From Vulcanimicrobiota bacterium (GTDB lineage Bacteria; Vulcanimicrobiota; Vulcanimicrobiia; Vulcanimicrobiales; Vulcanimicrobiaceae): 64,000 nt of DNA. Made by a program: the position numbers and the translations under genes. Below the pieces are notes generated by a model. It saw nothing but the letters and a program-made list of their open reading frames with translations, was not told where the DNA came from and did not search any database. Where the stretch lies: NCBI GenBank assembly GCA_963733295.1, contig CAVTCS010000003.1, positions 2,720,001 to 2,784,000 of the forward strand. The letters run 5' to 3'. Positions 48,088 through 57,948 of this stretch are shown piece by piece (within the stretch, counting starts at the first letter, position 1; every line of letters starts with the position of its first letter).

Positions 48088-49053
48088 ATGCGCGAACACA
48101 CCTTCGTCGCGAATCGCCAGGAGGGTTGGGACCGCCTCGAAGCGCTGCTCGCGCGCGCCGACCGCTCGGGTCTGCGCTCGTTCCCGGCTGCCGACCTTCA
48201 GGCGCTCGGCTTTTCCTACCGCTCCGCGACCTCGGATCTCGCAGTCGCGCAGAGCCGCAACTACTCGGAAGATCTGCGAGCCTATTTGAACCGGCTGGTC
48301 GCGCGAGCGCACGCGTACGTCTACGCGGACGTGACGGGCAACAGCTGGCGCCGCGTCGCGCGGTTTTTCAGCGAAGTTTTTCCGAGTGAGGTCCGCGCCT
48401 CGTGGCGCCCCATCCTCGCCTGCACCGCGCTCTTCGTCCTCGCAGCGATCGCGTCGTACTGGATCGTGGCGCAGCGGCCGCTGAGCGTCTACGCACTGCT
48501 GCCTGCCGAAGACGTTCCGCTCATTCGCAAGAGCTTGCACGATTCCAACTTCGCCTTCGACTCGAGCTTCGCGCCGGTGATGTCGAGCGCGATCATTACG
48601 AACAACATCAAAGTAGCGGCGATTGCGTTCGCCGGCGGCATGACGGTCGGCATCGTCACCCTCTGGGAGATTCTAAACAACGGGCTGATGGTCGGCTCTC
48701 TCGGCGCGCTCTTCGCGACGAAGGGCTTCGGACGAGACTTTTGGGCGACGGTCGCGCCCCACGGTGTGATCGAGTTGAGCGCGATTCAGATCGCCGGCGG
48801 GGCGGGTTTGCTGCTGGCGCAGGCGATTGTCGCACCGGGCCGCTTGCGGCGCGCCGACGCGTTGCGCGTCAACGGACGGCGAGCCGGCGTCCTCATGCTG
48901 GGCGTTGCCGGGATGCTCGTCGTCGCGGGTCTGATCGAAGGCTTCGTTTCGCCCACCCGGACCTCTGAGGGTTTCCGGCTCAGCGTCGGCGCCCTCACCG
49001 GCGTGCTCCTGATCGCCTACCTTGGACTCGCCGGCCGCCCGCGCGTTCGTTAG
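48088..49053 (+). CDS. SpoIIM-family membrane protein
   Basis: YR...SDLA.A, LN.LV.RAH, NNIKVA..AFAGG, NG..VG, PHG..EL.AI, AG.IEGFVS. Confidence 0.9.
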   Translation: MREHTFVANRQEGWDRLEALLARADRSGLRSFPAADLQALGFSYRSATSDLAVAQSRNYSEDLRAYLNRLVARAHAYVYADVTGNSWRRVARFFSEVFPSEVRASWRPILACTALFVLAAIASYWIVAQRPLSVYALLPAEDVPLIRKSLHDSNFAFDSSFAPVMSSAIITNNIKVAAIAFAGGMTVGIVTLWEILNNGLMVGSLGALFATKGFGRDFWATVAPHGVIELSAIQIAGGAGLLLAQAIVAPGRLRRADALRVNGRRAGVLMLGVAGMLVVAGLIEGFVSPTRTSEGFRLSVGALTGVLLIAYLGLAGRPRVR

Positions 49054-49673
49054 CGAGCGTTCTTGCTTTCGGAGTCCGCCAGCGACTGGTCGAAGGCCGC
49101 CTTCAAGTCGACCGACTGATTGAGGCTCGGGTTAATGAAGAGCCTGGCAAAGCTTCCCGTCAGGTTGCCGCCGTGCACGTGCAGGTTATGCGCGCTCGCG
49201 GTTGCCTCGACGACGTGCGGCACCGGAGCGGACCACGAGGCACCGCCGTATGCATCGAGCGCGAGATCGTACGTCACGTGAAATTTCGGATCGAACCAAT
49301 GTCCGAAGGGTGACTTCGTGCGGAAATCGAGCGCGTTGCCCGCTACGGCATAGTGCATTCCGAGCACGCCGTTTGCGAGGTTCGAGGTATCGATCGAAAC
49401 GCGCCCGGGTCCGCCAAAGGTGCACGTCGTACCGTACGCCGTCGTTCCCGGCGCGAGCGCGCCGGGCTGCTCGAGGCGCGCGCGTATTTTATCGCACGCC
49501 GCGTTTTGCATCCGCGTCCAGACGCCCGCGAAAGCGCCGCCGATCAACGCGCTCAAGCCCGCGGGGGGCGGCGCCGGCAGCGCAGACGTCGCCGCCGCGC
49601 GCAGCGGCGCCGCGACGAGTGCGCTCAGCAGCAGAGCAAGCGCCGGTCCCAGCCAGCGTCCGAATTTCGGCAT
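49050..49673 (-). CDS. Secreted hypothetical protein with two Cys and a beta-rich core
   Basis: Signal peptide MPKFGRWLGPALALLLSALVAAPLRA; follows DUF58 on the same strand. Confidence 0.6.
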   Translation of the reverse strand: MPKFGRWLGPALALLLSALVAAPLRAAATSALPAPPPAGLSALIGGAFAGVWTRMQNAACDKIRARLEQPGALAPGTTAYGTTCTFGGPGRVSIDTSNLANGVLGMHYAVAGNALDFRTKSPFGHWFDPKFHVTYDLALDAYGGASWSAPVPHVVEATASAHNLHVHGGNLTGSFARLFINPSLNQSVDLKAAFDQSLADSESKNAR

Positions 49674-49720
49674 CAGGCAAAGTTCGCGCGAGCGACTCCA
49701 CAACTCTCCCTTACGGGCCA

Positions 49721-51052
49721 CTAAAGTAAGCCGCGCGCCTTGACGTCGAGATAGGCGTCCAGAATTGCGACCGTCAGTTTCGCAGCCGGCACGTCGATCA
49801 CGATCGTGCCGCCGGCGCGCAGCTGCGCGATCGCCTTGGAGCGTTCGTCGGCCAGCGTCATGGCGACGCTCGTGCGATAGGCGTCGTGGGCCGTGCGCGG
49901 TTCGTTCTCTAAGGCATTCGAGATCGCGGCGTCGTTCATGAGCACGCACATCACGAGATGCCGCCGGCTCAAGAGGGCAAGCCCGGAGAGGACGGCAACC
50001 GAGCTCACCGGATCGAACATGTCGGTGAATAACACGATCAGACTGCGTTTGCTGTAATCCCGTTTGAGACGGGCGAAGATCGTCTCGTAGTCGGGTTCTT
50101 CGAGCCGCGCTTGCAGATCGTTGGCGGCTCGCGTGAGCGCGTTCACGTGAGCGGCTCCGCGACGCGGCGCGAGGTTCAACAGCGGCTGGGCCGCGAAGGC
50201 GAGAATGCCGACGTGGTCGTCGGCATTCTGCGCGACGCGCGCGACCGAGAGCGCCGCCGTCAGCGCGTAGTCGAACTTGCGCTGCAGCCCGACCCGCGGC
50301 GTCATCATTCGTCCGCAATCGAGCGCGATGCAGATCTGTTGGCTTCGCTCGACCTCGTGCTGAGCGACCATCAAGCGTCCGCGGCGCGCCGTGGCTTTCC
50401 AATCGACCGAGCGAAATCCGTCGCCCGGCAGATACTCGCGCAGGCTCTCGAACTCGCTGCCGGCACCCCGCAAGCGGAGCCTCCGTAAGCCCACGTCGAG
50501 CAGCGTGTTGCGCCGCGCCAGCGTTCCGTAGTTTTCGACCGCGGAGAGATCGGGGAAGACGCGCACCTCTTCGTTGGCTGCGACGGCGAAGCGGCGACGC
50601 AGCAGCCCGACGCGATTCTCCACCCAGAAGTAAAGTTTCCCAAAAGTCGCCGGGCCGCGTTCGCGCGCGAGAAAATCGAGCGACGCTTCGGCCTGCGCGT
50701 TCGCCGCGATGCGGACCTCGAGGACATCGCGTTCGAACGCGATCGTGGGAATCGGCGTCTCGATCAAACCCAAGCGAATCGGAATCGAGGCGCGGTTCTC
50801 TAGCGAGTACACCACCTTTGAGGGGCGGCGCAAAGCGATCGCGCCGACCGGCCTGCGGACGACGCGCAAGAAGCGGGCCGAGGGGCCGGCGGCAACGTCG
50901 AAGAGCAGGCACGCCACGAAAACGGCGGCGCCCACATACACGAGCAACATCAGGGACGGCACCACGCTCGCCACGGCGAGCAGGAGCGTCAGGGCGAGCA
51001 ACGCCCACACGCCGCGCGCGCTCAGCCACAAGGCCGGAAAGATCGGGTGCAA
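49721..51052 (-). CDS. DUF58-domain (VWA-like) protein
   Basis: EFESLREY.PGD..R.VDWKATAR, ERSQ....LDCGR.M; N-terminal TM helices. Confidence 0.92.
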   Translation of the reverse strand: MHPIFPALWLSARGVWALLALTLLLAVASVVPSLMLLVYVGAAVFVACLLFDVAAGPSARFLRVVRRPVGAIALRRPSKVVYSLENRASIPIRLGLIETPIPTIAFERDVLEVRIAANAQAEASLDFLARERGPATFGKLYFWVENRVGLLRRRFAVAANEEVRVFPDLSAVENYGTLARRNTLLDVGLRRLRLRGAGSEFESLREYLPGDGFRSVDWKATARRGRLMVAQHEVERSQQICIALDCGRMMTPRVGLQRKFDYALTAALSVARVAQNADDHVGILAFAAQPLLNLAPRRGAAHVNALTRAANDLQARLEEPDYETIFARLKRDYSKRSLIVLFTDMFDPVSSVAVLSGLALLSRRHLVMCVLMNDAAISNALENEPRTAHDAYRTSVAMTLADERSKAIAQLRAGGTIVIDVPAAKLTVAILDAYLDVKARGLL

Positions 51053-51054
51053 GC

Positions 51055-52032
51055 TTAGGCGCCGGGAGCCGGAACGACGTCCTTGGGAACTTCGACGGCG
51101 CTCAAGATGCGTGCGACGACCGCACTTGCATCGACGCCTTCGACCTCCGCTTCCGCCCGCACGATGAGCCGGTGCGGCAAGGTCAGCGGCGCGACCGCCT
51201 TCACGTCGTCGGGCGTCGCGAAGTCGCGCCCGTCGAGCGCGGCGGCCGCTTGTGCCGCATGCATCAACGCGAGCGCGGCGCGCGGGCTCGCACCCAGCGC
51301 CAACTCCCGCGAGTTGCGAGTTCGCGCGACGACGGCGTAGAGGTAGCGCTGCACCGCGTCCGAGACGTGGATGGCACGAACCTCGCCTTGCGCCGCGAGG
51401 ACGTCCGCCTCGGTCGCAACCTGAGTGAGGCCGGCTGCGGCAAGGTCGTGAGCGTCGAATCCGGCGACGCTGCGCGCCAACAGCGTACGCTCTTGCGTCT
51501 CGCTCGGGTATCCCGTTCGCGCGCGCACCAAGAACCGGTCGAGCTGCGCTTCGGGGAGCGGATACGTGCCCTCAAATTCGATCGGATTCTGCGTGGCGCA
51601 AACGAGGAAGAGGCCCTCGAGCGGCTCGCTGTTTCCGTCGATCGTCACTTGGCGTTCTTCCATCGCTTCGAGTAGCGCGGATTGCGTCTTCGGCGGCGTT
51701 CGATTGATTTCGTCGGCCAGCAGCAGGCTGGTGAAGATGGGCCCTTTGCGCAACGAGAATTCGGTCGTCTTCGGATTGAACACCGTCGTCCCGACGACGT
51801 CGGCCGGCATGAGATCGGGCGTGAATTGGATGCGACGGAACGGGACGCCGAGCAGGATCGCGAGCGCGCGGACGAACAGCGTCTTAGCCGTTCCCGGCAC
51901 GCCCTCGACCAGGATGTGTCCGTTCCCGAGAAGCGCGAGTGCGAAGGCAAACGCCGCTTCTTCGTTGCCGACGACGACGCGATCCAGTCCGGCTTGCAGG
52001 GCGCGAGCGAGGTTAGTAGCGCGGGCGGCCAT
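51055..52032 (-). CDS. moxR: MoxR-family AAA+ ATPase
   Basis: GVPGTAKT, RIQFTPDLMP.D, LADEINR.PPKTQSALLEAM.E, ATQNPIE.EGTYPLPEAQLDRF. Confidence 0.95.
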   Translation of the reverse strand: MAARATNLARALQAGLDRVVVGNEEAAFAFALALLGNGHILVEGVPGTAKTLFVRALAILLGVPFRRIQFTPDLMPADVVGTTVFNPKTTEFSLRKGPIFTSLLLADEINRTPPKTQSALLEAMEERQVTIDGNSEPLEGLFLVCATQNPIEFEGTYPLPEAQLDRFLVRARTGYPSETQERTLLARSVAGFDAHDLAAAGLTQVATEADVLAAQGEVRAIHVSDAVQRYLYAVVARTRNSRELALGASPRAALALMHAAQAAAALDGRDFATPDDVKAVAPLTLPHRLIVRAEAEVEGVDASAVVARILSAVEVPKDVVPAPGA

Positions 52033-53179
52033 GCGTGGTCCATTCCTTTCGAAGACGCTGCGCCAAAGCGACGCCTCGCACGAGGTTGGTTTCGTTCGGG
52101 CTTCCGTTCGTCGAAATCCGCTCGAGTTCCAGAAAGAGCCGGCGCTGTCCGGGCTCCTCGATCGCTGCTGCAACCCGATCGGAGGCAGTGTCGTCGGGGA
52201 GACCGAGAGCCCTCGCGGCCGAACGCTTCGCCGAACCCGCCGCATCGAGAAGAGCTTTGCGCACGCTCCGGCCGCGTTCGAACAGTGCGGCCAACGCGTC
52301 GAGAAATGCCGCCGAATTGGGCTCGCCGGGTTGCGGGATGACCGGCGGTCCGAGGCGCAACGCCGCGCCGGCAAAGGCGCCTAGCAGAATGACCAGCGCG
52401 CACCAGATGGCGATCGCGAACGGTCGCGGGACGACTGCCCACCAATGCTCGGGCGTCACGAAGCCGTGAACCGACTCGTTGAACGCGATCGTCGTGCCGC
52501 GCCGCGGCTGCGCGAGCGCGTAAGCCAGCCGCCCGAAGTCGGGGCGCCCGATGTTTGCATTGGTGAAGCTCGGCTCGTCGATCGCAGCGACGACTTCGCC
52601 CTTGCCGTACCGATACGACAGAATGAGAACGCCCTTGGGGTCCGCGAGCAACACGGTGCGCTTTCCGCGCTGCCAGCGCAGCGAGCTTAGCGCCGGGTAA
52701 CTTTTGACGCCGGCTGCGGCGAGCTGCGCTGCAACGAACGGTCTGCCGTTCGCGGCGGCGCGCGTGCTATGCGGAAACTTGAGGATGCCTTGCGCCGCAG
52801 CGTTGTCGTCGTGTCCGAGATAGACGAGCCTTCCACCCTTGCGGACCCAGTCTTGGAGCGCGCTGACGTCGTTCTCGCTCGGGATCTCCGCACGATCGTC
52901 GAACGCAAGCGGATCGGCCCAGATCAACGTTTGAATCGAACGGTCGAGGAAAACGGGACGCAGCTCGAAGCGTTCGACACGAGCCCCTTCGCGTTGCAAC
53001 ATTTCGAACCAAGCACGATATCCGCCGCTCGAGCTATCGTGCGTCGAGTAGGAGTCCGGTTCGACATGATTCCGTTCCGCCGCCCGGTGCTGTTCGATAA
53101 CCAGAAACGCCAAAACTCCGAGCGCAATCGCGAGGATCGCGAGCTCGAGCCGCGGCAGACGCCGCACCCCAGCGGTCAC
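52013..53179 (-). CDS. DUF4350-domain membrane protein
   Basis: N-terminal TM, YST....GY.A, L..WV..GG.L, F.N..I, second TM, LG.PV; position in the MoxR cluster. Confidence 0.8.
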   Translation of the reverse strand: MTAGVRRLPRLELAILAIALGVLAFLVIEQHRAAERNHVEPDSYSTHDSSSGGYRAWFEMLQREGARVERFELRPVFLDRSIQTLIWADPLAFDDRAEIPSENDVSALQDWVRKGGRLVYLGHDDNAAAQGILKFPHSTRAAANGRPFVAAQLAAAGVKSYPALSSLRWQRGKRTVLLADPKGVLILSYRYGKGEVVAAIDEPSFTNANIGRPDFGRLAYALAQPRRGTTIAFNESVHGFVTPEHWWAVVPRPFAIAIWCALVILLGAFAGAALRLGPPVIPQPGEPNSAAFLDALAALFERGRSVRKALLDAAGSAKRSAARALGLPDDTASDRVAAAIEEPGQRRLFLELERISTNGSPNETNLVRGVALAQRLRKEWTTHGRPRY

Positions 53180-53904
53180 GGCGCGGCCACGAAAGGCTCG
53201 AGATTTGCGAGCGCGCGTTCCGCATCGTCGAAGTCGTCACGTGCGGCGGGCACCCCCGAGTACGCCGCATGTACGAAGCCGGCCGTCAGATCGTCGAACG
53301 GGAGGCTGGCATCCGAGCGGGTGCGTCGCACCAGGCGCCGGTATTCGCCCGGGGTGCGCGCAGCGTCGAACGGCACGAGTCCGCGTTCGTCGAGCAACGT
53401 CAAGGCCGCGCCGAAGAGCGCCGCTATCGCCCGCGCGTATTCCCCTCGCGCGGCAAAGGCCAGAGCCGCCGCACGCCACTCGGCGAACGTCCGCCGCGGC
53501 GCCAGCGGCTTCCCGATGAAGTTTCGCGGCGTACGCCGTTTGGGCGCGACGAACGCGAGGCCGAGCCAAACCAGAACGAAGCCGAAAGCCAGAACCGCGG
53601 CAACCGTGAGGATCACGCCGGCGACCGTTGCGGCACCAGACACGCCCCGAACCGCGCGCGCGATCGGTCCGAAAAGATTTTTCAGCTGCTCGCGAACCCA
53701 CGACCAGAACTGATCCCAAAGGCTTTCTTGCGGCTTCTTGTCGGTCGTGACCGGCGCGCTGCGATAAGCCGGTTGGGCGAGCACGCTTCGTACGACCGCG
53801 TTCGGATCGTGCGGCCAGGGCGCGTCCGCCGCGGCCGCCGAGCCGGGAGTGAATGCGAGAAACAAACCGAGGGCGAGTCGCGCGATCCGGCGCGATCGAA
53901 TCAC
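53176..53904 (-). CDS. DUF4129-domain protein
   Basis: Signal, TM, then A..GEY..AI..LF...L..L, RTPGEY, F..AY; position in the cluster. Confidence 0.8.
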   Translation of the reverse strand: MIRSRRIARLALGLFLAFTPGSAAAADAPWPHDPNAVVRSVLAQPAYRSAPVTTDKKPQESLWDQFWSWVREQLKNLFGPIARAVRGVSGAATVAGVILTVAAVLAFGFVLVWLGLAFVAPKRRTPRNFIGKPLAPRRTFAEWRAAALAFAARGEYARAIAALFGAALTLLDERGLVPFDAARTPGEYRRLVRRTRSDASLPFDDLTAGFVHAAYSGVPAARDDFDDAERALANLEPFVAAP

Positions 53905-54848
53905 GAAGCCGAAAGCGGCTGACCGCCGGCAGCAACCTGCAAGTCGAGACCTTCGTTACGCACCCGCAGATCGAAGTAGAAAATCGCAACGAAGGCCGTC
54001 GTAAAGGCCGCCGTAGCCACCCGTACGATCGTCTCGTAAACCGTTCCGGCAACGTTGCTCTTCAGCAGGCCGAAGAGCAACGATTGCCCTACGAGCGAGA
54101 CGAGGCTGATGCCGAGGAGAATCGCAACGAAGGCCAGACCAGCCAGCAGCGAACGGCGCAGCGCCGGGCGCGCGAAGACCCGCGAAATGCCGCGCGCGAA
54201 GGCTGTGATGAAAGGCATCCTCTCGACGACGCAGCTGAAATACGAGATCTGAACTGCGAGGGCCGCGAGCAGACCGAACGCAAACAGCGCGAGCAGGAAG
54301 AGGATGCCGAACACGACGACGATTGCGATCCCCGGGCCTCCGATCACTTTGACGATGGCCGCGAGGCCGAGCGCAACGACCAACACGACGATGAACACGA
54401 GCAGGTAAAGGGCCATGCCGCACACGACGTAGAGGACGTTGACGCCGATCATCGGCAACCAGCGCTCGAGTGCCGTACGGTAGGCCCGCTCGAAGCTTGT
54501 CGTTCCACCCAGATAGATCGTCGCTGCCGCATCGATCAAGGCGACGGTCGGAAGCGGCGAAACGAAGAGCAGCGCGAAGAACCAAAGCCCGGTCCAGACG
54601 TTCAGCACCGGCGACTGCGCGAGCGCTTTGCTCCACGCAGTCGGGTCAACGCTCTTCCCGGCGGCTTGCGCGCGGAAAATGTCGGTCAGCGCTCCGAACG
54701 CCTTTGCCTGATCGGCTGTACCAAAGTACTGCAGGAGCGCGATCGGGATCGCATAGACCACGAAGATCAACGAGAAGAGCGCAAAGTGGCGCACGCAGAG
54801 GGTGACGGCACGGTCGAGAATCTCGCCGAGGCCCAGCGGCCGTAACAC
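53901..54848 (-). CDS. Multi-pass membrane protein of the MoxR/DUF58 cluster
   Basis: LRPL.LGEILD at the N-terminus and YFDLRVR.EGLDL at the C-terminus. Confidence 0.85.
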   Translation of the reverse strand: MLRPLGLGEILDRAVTLCVRHFALFSLIFVVYAIPIALLQYFGTADQAKAFGALTDIFRAQAAGKSVDPTAWSKALAQSPVLNVWTGLWFFALLFVSPLPTVALIDAAATIYLGGTTSFERAYRTALERWLPMIGVNVLYVVCGMALYLLVFIVVLVVALGLAAIVKVIGGPGIAIVVVFGILFLLALFAFGLLAALAVQISYFSCVVERMPFITAFARGISRVFARPALRRSLLAGLAFVAILLGISLVSLVGQSLLFGLLKSNVAGTVYETIVRVATAAFTTAFVAIFYFDLRVRNEGLDLQVAAGGQPLSAS

Positions 54849-54903
54849 GTCTCCTCCTCCCCGACGACGCAGTGATGCGCCGCTCGAAGCCGAAGTTTCG
54901 GCG

Positions 54904-55551
54904 ATGCACGAAGCGCACCCGCTCGGAGTACTTGCACACCTTTGGCGCTACCCCGTGAAAAGTCTCGCCCCCGAGGCGCTCGAGAAGGTCGACGTCGGCG
55001 CTTCGGGACTCGCGGGCGACCGGCGCAGCGCGCTCTTCGTGACTTCGCCGGAGCACGCACGCCGAGGCAAGACCTTTCGTGGCAAGGAACACAACTTGCT
55101 CCATACGACGGCCGAGTCCGATTTCGCGCGGAGCCTCGCCGCCGCGCGCGGCGTCGCGATCGAGCGGCGTGACGATGGACCGCACTACGACGCCGGAACC
55201 GTTTCCGTCGTGCTCGATGTATGGATCGGCGACCTGGAACGAAGTCTCGGCCTCACGCTCGAGCCGCAACGCTTCCGGCCGAACCTCGTGGTGCGAGCGG
55301 CCCCGTCCTTCGAGTTGCGCGAGGCCGACCTCGTCGGAGCGATCCTGAGCGCGGGCGAGGTGCGCTTGCGCGTCAACGCAAAGATCGCGCGTTGCGTCAC
55401 GCCGAGCTACGATCTGGTGAGCGGCGAGTCGAACCCGGAGTTTTTGCGGACGATCGTGGCCGAACGCGACAACGTTATGGGCGTCTACTGCGACGTCGTT
55501 GCGCCGGGAACGCTCGAGTGCGGTGCGGAGATGACCTTCGAACTCGGCTGA
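54904..55551 (+). CDS. MOSC-domain protein
   Basis: LWRYPVKS, G..GDR, RFRPNLVV, RC motif, GVY..V...G. Confidence 0.9.
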   Translation: MHEAHPLGVLAHLWRYPVKSLAPEALEKVDVGASGLAGDRRSALFVTSPEHARRGKTFRGKEHNLLHTTAESDFARSLAAARGVAIERRDDGPHYDAGTVSVVLDVWIGDLERSLGLTLEPQRFRPNLVVRAAPSFELREADLVGAILSAGEVRLRVNAKIARCVTPSYDLVSGESNPEFLRTIVAERDNVMGVYCDVVAPGTLECGAEMTFELG

Positions 55552-55556
55552 GCCGG

Positions 55557-56567
55557 TCAGAGGATCAGGTGAACGTCGCCGAACTCGTGCCAGAGCAAGC
55601 CCGCGTCGAGTGCCGCGCGGTAGGCCGCTTCGAGTCTTTCGTCAGGCAAGAGCGCCTCGAGGATGCGCAAATGGCCGGCTCGCGGTTCGTGCAGTCCGGT
55701 GAGCAACCCGTCGACGACCTGCAGGCCGCGCTCGCGCGTGACGACGAGTTCGGTCGTGCCCTGCGCCGCGACCAGCTCGCCGTCGCGAACCGCGCTTTCG
55801 AGGGCGCGCACGACGGTCGTTCCAATCGCGACGACGCGACGGCCTTCGCGCCGCGCAGCGTTGACGGCGCTCGCGGTAGCGGGTGGAATCGCATACGGCT
55901 CCGCGACCGGAGCTTCGTGGGATTCTTGGCTGGAGACGCCGGCGTGGAGCGTCAGCGTGGCCAGTTTCACTCCACGGCGCGCAAGCAGTTCGAGCACGCG
56001 CGGCGTGAAGGGCCGGCCGGCCGACGGCATCTCGGCCGAACCCGGAACGCGCGCGAAGATCGTCTGATACGACTCGAGCGGAAAGCGCCGCGTGATGTAC
56101 GGATAACGAATGGGCCGCCCCTGAGCGTGGAGATATTCGACCACCGCTTCGCTCGTTTCGATGCGCGCGAACCAGAGACGGATGGAAGCGGGACCGGCAG
56201 GGGCGATCAGCGTAGCCACGGCGCCGGCGGGCAGATCTAGGCGCTCCGGCGCCTCGAAAGCGGCGCGCGGTTCGACGATCCAAAGCGTTCCGGCGACGTG
56301 CGTCGAGAAATGCAGCACGATTTCCGAACCGCTCGCGGTCCGGGCGTCGACCGCCGCCGGCAGCGTGGCGGAATCGTTGACGACGAGCAGATCGCCCTCG
56401 CGCAGAAAGCGCGGAAGCGCGCGAAACGTCTCGACCGAATCGCCCGCATCCGCTGAAGTAACGAGAAGGCGTACGTCGTCGCGTGCGAGACCCCGCGCTT
56501 CCGCCGGCTCCCGCGCCTCGAGTTCCGGCGGGAGCACGAAAGCCGGTCCGGCCAAGCTTACGCTCAT
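55557..56567 (-). CDS. queA: QueA-family S-adenosylmethionine:tRNA ribosyltransferase-isomerase-like protein
   Basis: GDLLVVNDS, YQT.FA..GSAEMPSAGRPF, TLHAG, VAIGTTVVRALES, LTGLHEP, EFGD. Confidence 0.8.
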   Translation of the reverse strand: MSVSLAGPAFVLPPELEAREPAEARGLARDDVRLLVTSADAGDSVETFRALPRFLREGDLLVVNDSATLPAAVDARTASGSEIVLHFSTHVAGTLWIVEPRAAFEAPERLDLPAGAVATLIAPAGPASIRLWFARIETSEAVVEYLHAQGRPIRYPYITRRFPLESYQTIFARVPGSAEMPSAGRPFTPRVLELLARRGVKLATLTLHAGVSSQESHEAPVAEPYAIPPATASAVNAARREGRRVVAIGTTVVRALESAVRDGELVAAQGTTELVVTRERGLQVVDGLLTGLHEPRAGHLRILEALLPDERLEAAYRAALDAGLLWHEFGDVHLIL

Positions 56568-57295
56568 GCGCCGCCCGCGGCGGCTGTGACGCCCTGCAAT
56601 TCGACCCGCGCGAATGCGGGACGATTGGCTTCGAGCGCTGCGAGCAGGGCGGGCGCCACGGCTTCCGCGTCCGGGAGTCCGGATAGATCTTCGCCCGGCT
56701 CGGCGTCGCGGTGAAGCTCGGTATTCATATTGCCCGGATCGGCAAGCAGCACCGCAATGCCGGCGTCCTCGAGCTCCACGGCGAGCGTGCGCGACATGTG
56801 TTCGAGCGCGGCTTTGGTCGCGCCGTATCCGCCCCAGCCGGGATAAGCGTTGAGCGCCGCATCCGACGAGATGTTGACGATCGTCGAGCCGGCCGGCATC
56901 AGGGGCAATGCGTGTTGCACCAGATGCAGCGGCGCCCAAACGTTCGTCGTGACGAGCCGCTCGAAGACGACCGGTGAAAGTTGCGCCAAGGCGGGCATCG
57001 GCGAGCGGCCGATCGTCGACGCGTTGTTGATGAGGACGTCGATTCTCCCGAAGCGTTCCTTCGCAAGCGCGACGAGCGCGTGAACGTGATCGGCTTCGGC
57101 AACGTCGCCGCCGAGCGCCGCCACGTGCGTGCGCGACGCGAGTTCGACCCGAGCCGCATCGAGCGCTTCGGCCCCGCGCGCGGTTATCACGAGCGAGAAG
57201 CCGCGATTCGCCAAGAGACGCGCGATGCCGAGCCCGAGTCCTTTTGACGCGCCCGTGATGAGGGCGACACGGCCCTCCGCCGGTGAGTCATTCAT
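56564..57295 (-). CDS. SDR-family oxidoreductase
   Basis: TGASKGLG, LINNAS, NISSDAA, YGATK, DPGNMNT; ATGA-coupled to the queA-like gene. Confidence 0.92.
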   Translation of the reverse strand: MNDSPAEGRVALITGASKGLGLGIARLLANRGFSLVITARGAEALDAARVELASRTHVAALGGDVAEADHVHALVALAKERFGRIDVLINNASTIGRSPMPALAQLSPVVFERLVTTNVWAPLHLVQHALPLMPAGSTIVNISSDAALNAYPGWGGYGATKAALEHMSRTLAVELEDAGIAVLLADPGNMNTELHRDAEPGEDLSGLPDAEAVAPALLAALEANRPAFARVELQGVTAAAGGA

Positions 57296-57382
57296 GCGAC
57301 GAGCCTACGCGAAAACGAAGTGGAACGCACCGTCGGCGCCGACCGTTGCGCACCTGGCCGAAAAGCCAGCGTTGCGCCGCTG

Positions 57383-57916
57383 TTATCCGGCGGGCGTTCG
57401 CGCCCCAAAGGCCTCACTGGCGGGAACGATTTGCGCCACGAAGCCGCTCGCCACCCGGTGAACGAGAGCGCGAATCTGCTCCTCGCTCATCCCGTCCGCC
57501 GCATAGGTCGCGTGCCCGTCCCCGACGAGAGTCACGCGATAGCCGCGTCGCTCGGCCTCCCGGATCGTCGCATCGACGCAAAATTCCGTCTGCATTCCGC
57601 ACACGATCACGTGATCTGCGCCGGCGGCGGCAAGGACCTCCGCCAAGTTCGTCTCGCGAAATGCGTCGCTAAAGCGCTTGTCGACGACCGGTTCGCCCGG
57701 CCGCGGCGCTATTTCGCTCGCGATCTCCCAGCCGGGCGTCCCGGCGCTGAGCTCGTCGGGGCCGCCGTCGTGGCGGACGTACACGACCGCGGTGCGAGCC
57801 TCTCGCGCACGTTCGAGAAGGAAGCGGAGCGTTTCGAGAAACGCGGCGCGCCGCTCGGGCGGAAGCTCGTCGACGACCGCGCGCTGGACGTCGATTACCA
57901 TCAGGGCGGATGCCAT
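57383..57916 (-). CDS. Isochorismatase-like cysteine hydrolase
   Basis: D/K/C triad in IDVQ, K...DAF and QTEFCV. An alternative GTG start at 57952 overlaps the upstream stop. Confidence 0.9.
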   Translation of the reverse strand: MASALMVIDVQRAVVDELPPERRAAFLETLRFLLERAREARTAVVYVRHDGGPDELSAGTPGWEIASEIAPRPGEPVVDKRFSDAFRETNLAEVLAAAGADHVIVCGMQTEFCVDATIREAERRGYRVTLVGDGHATYAADGMSEEQIRALVHRVASGFVAQIVPASEAFGARTPAG

Positions 57917-57948
57917 CAATCGATCCTCAGAGACCTTTCCACTTCGCG

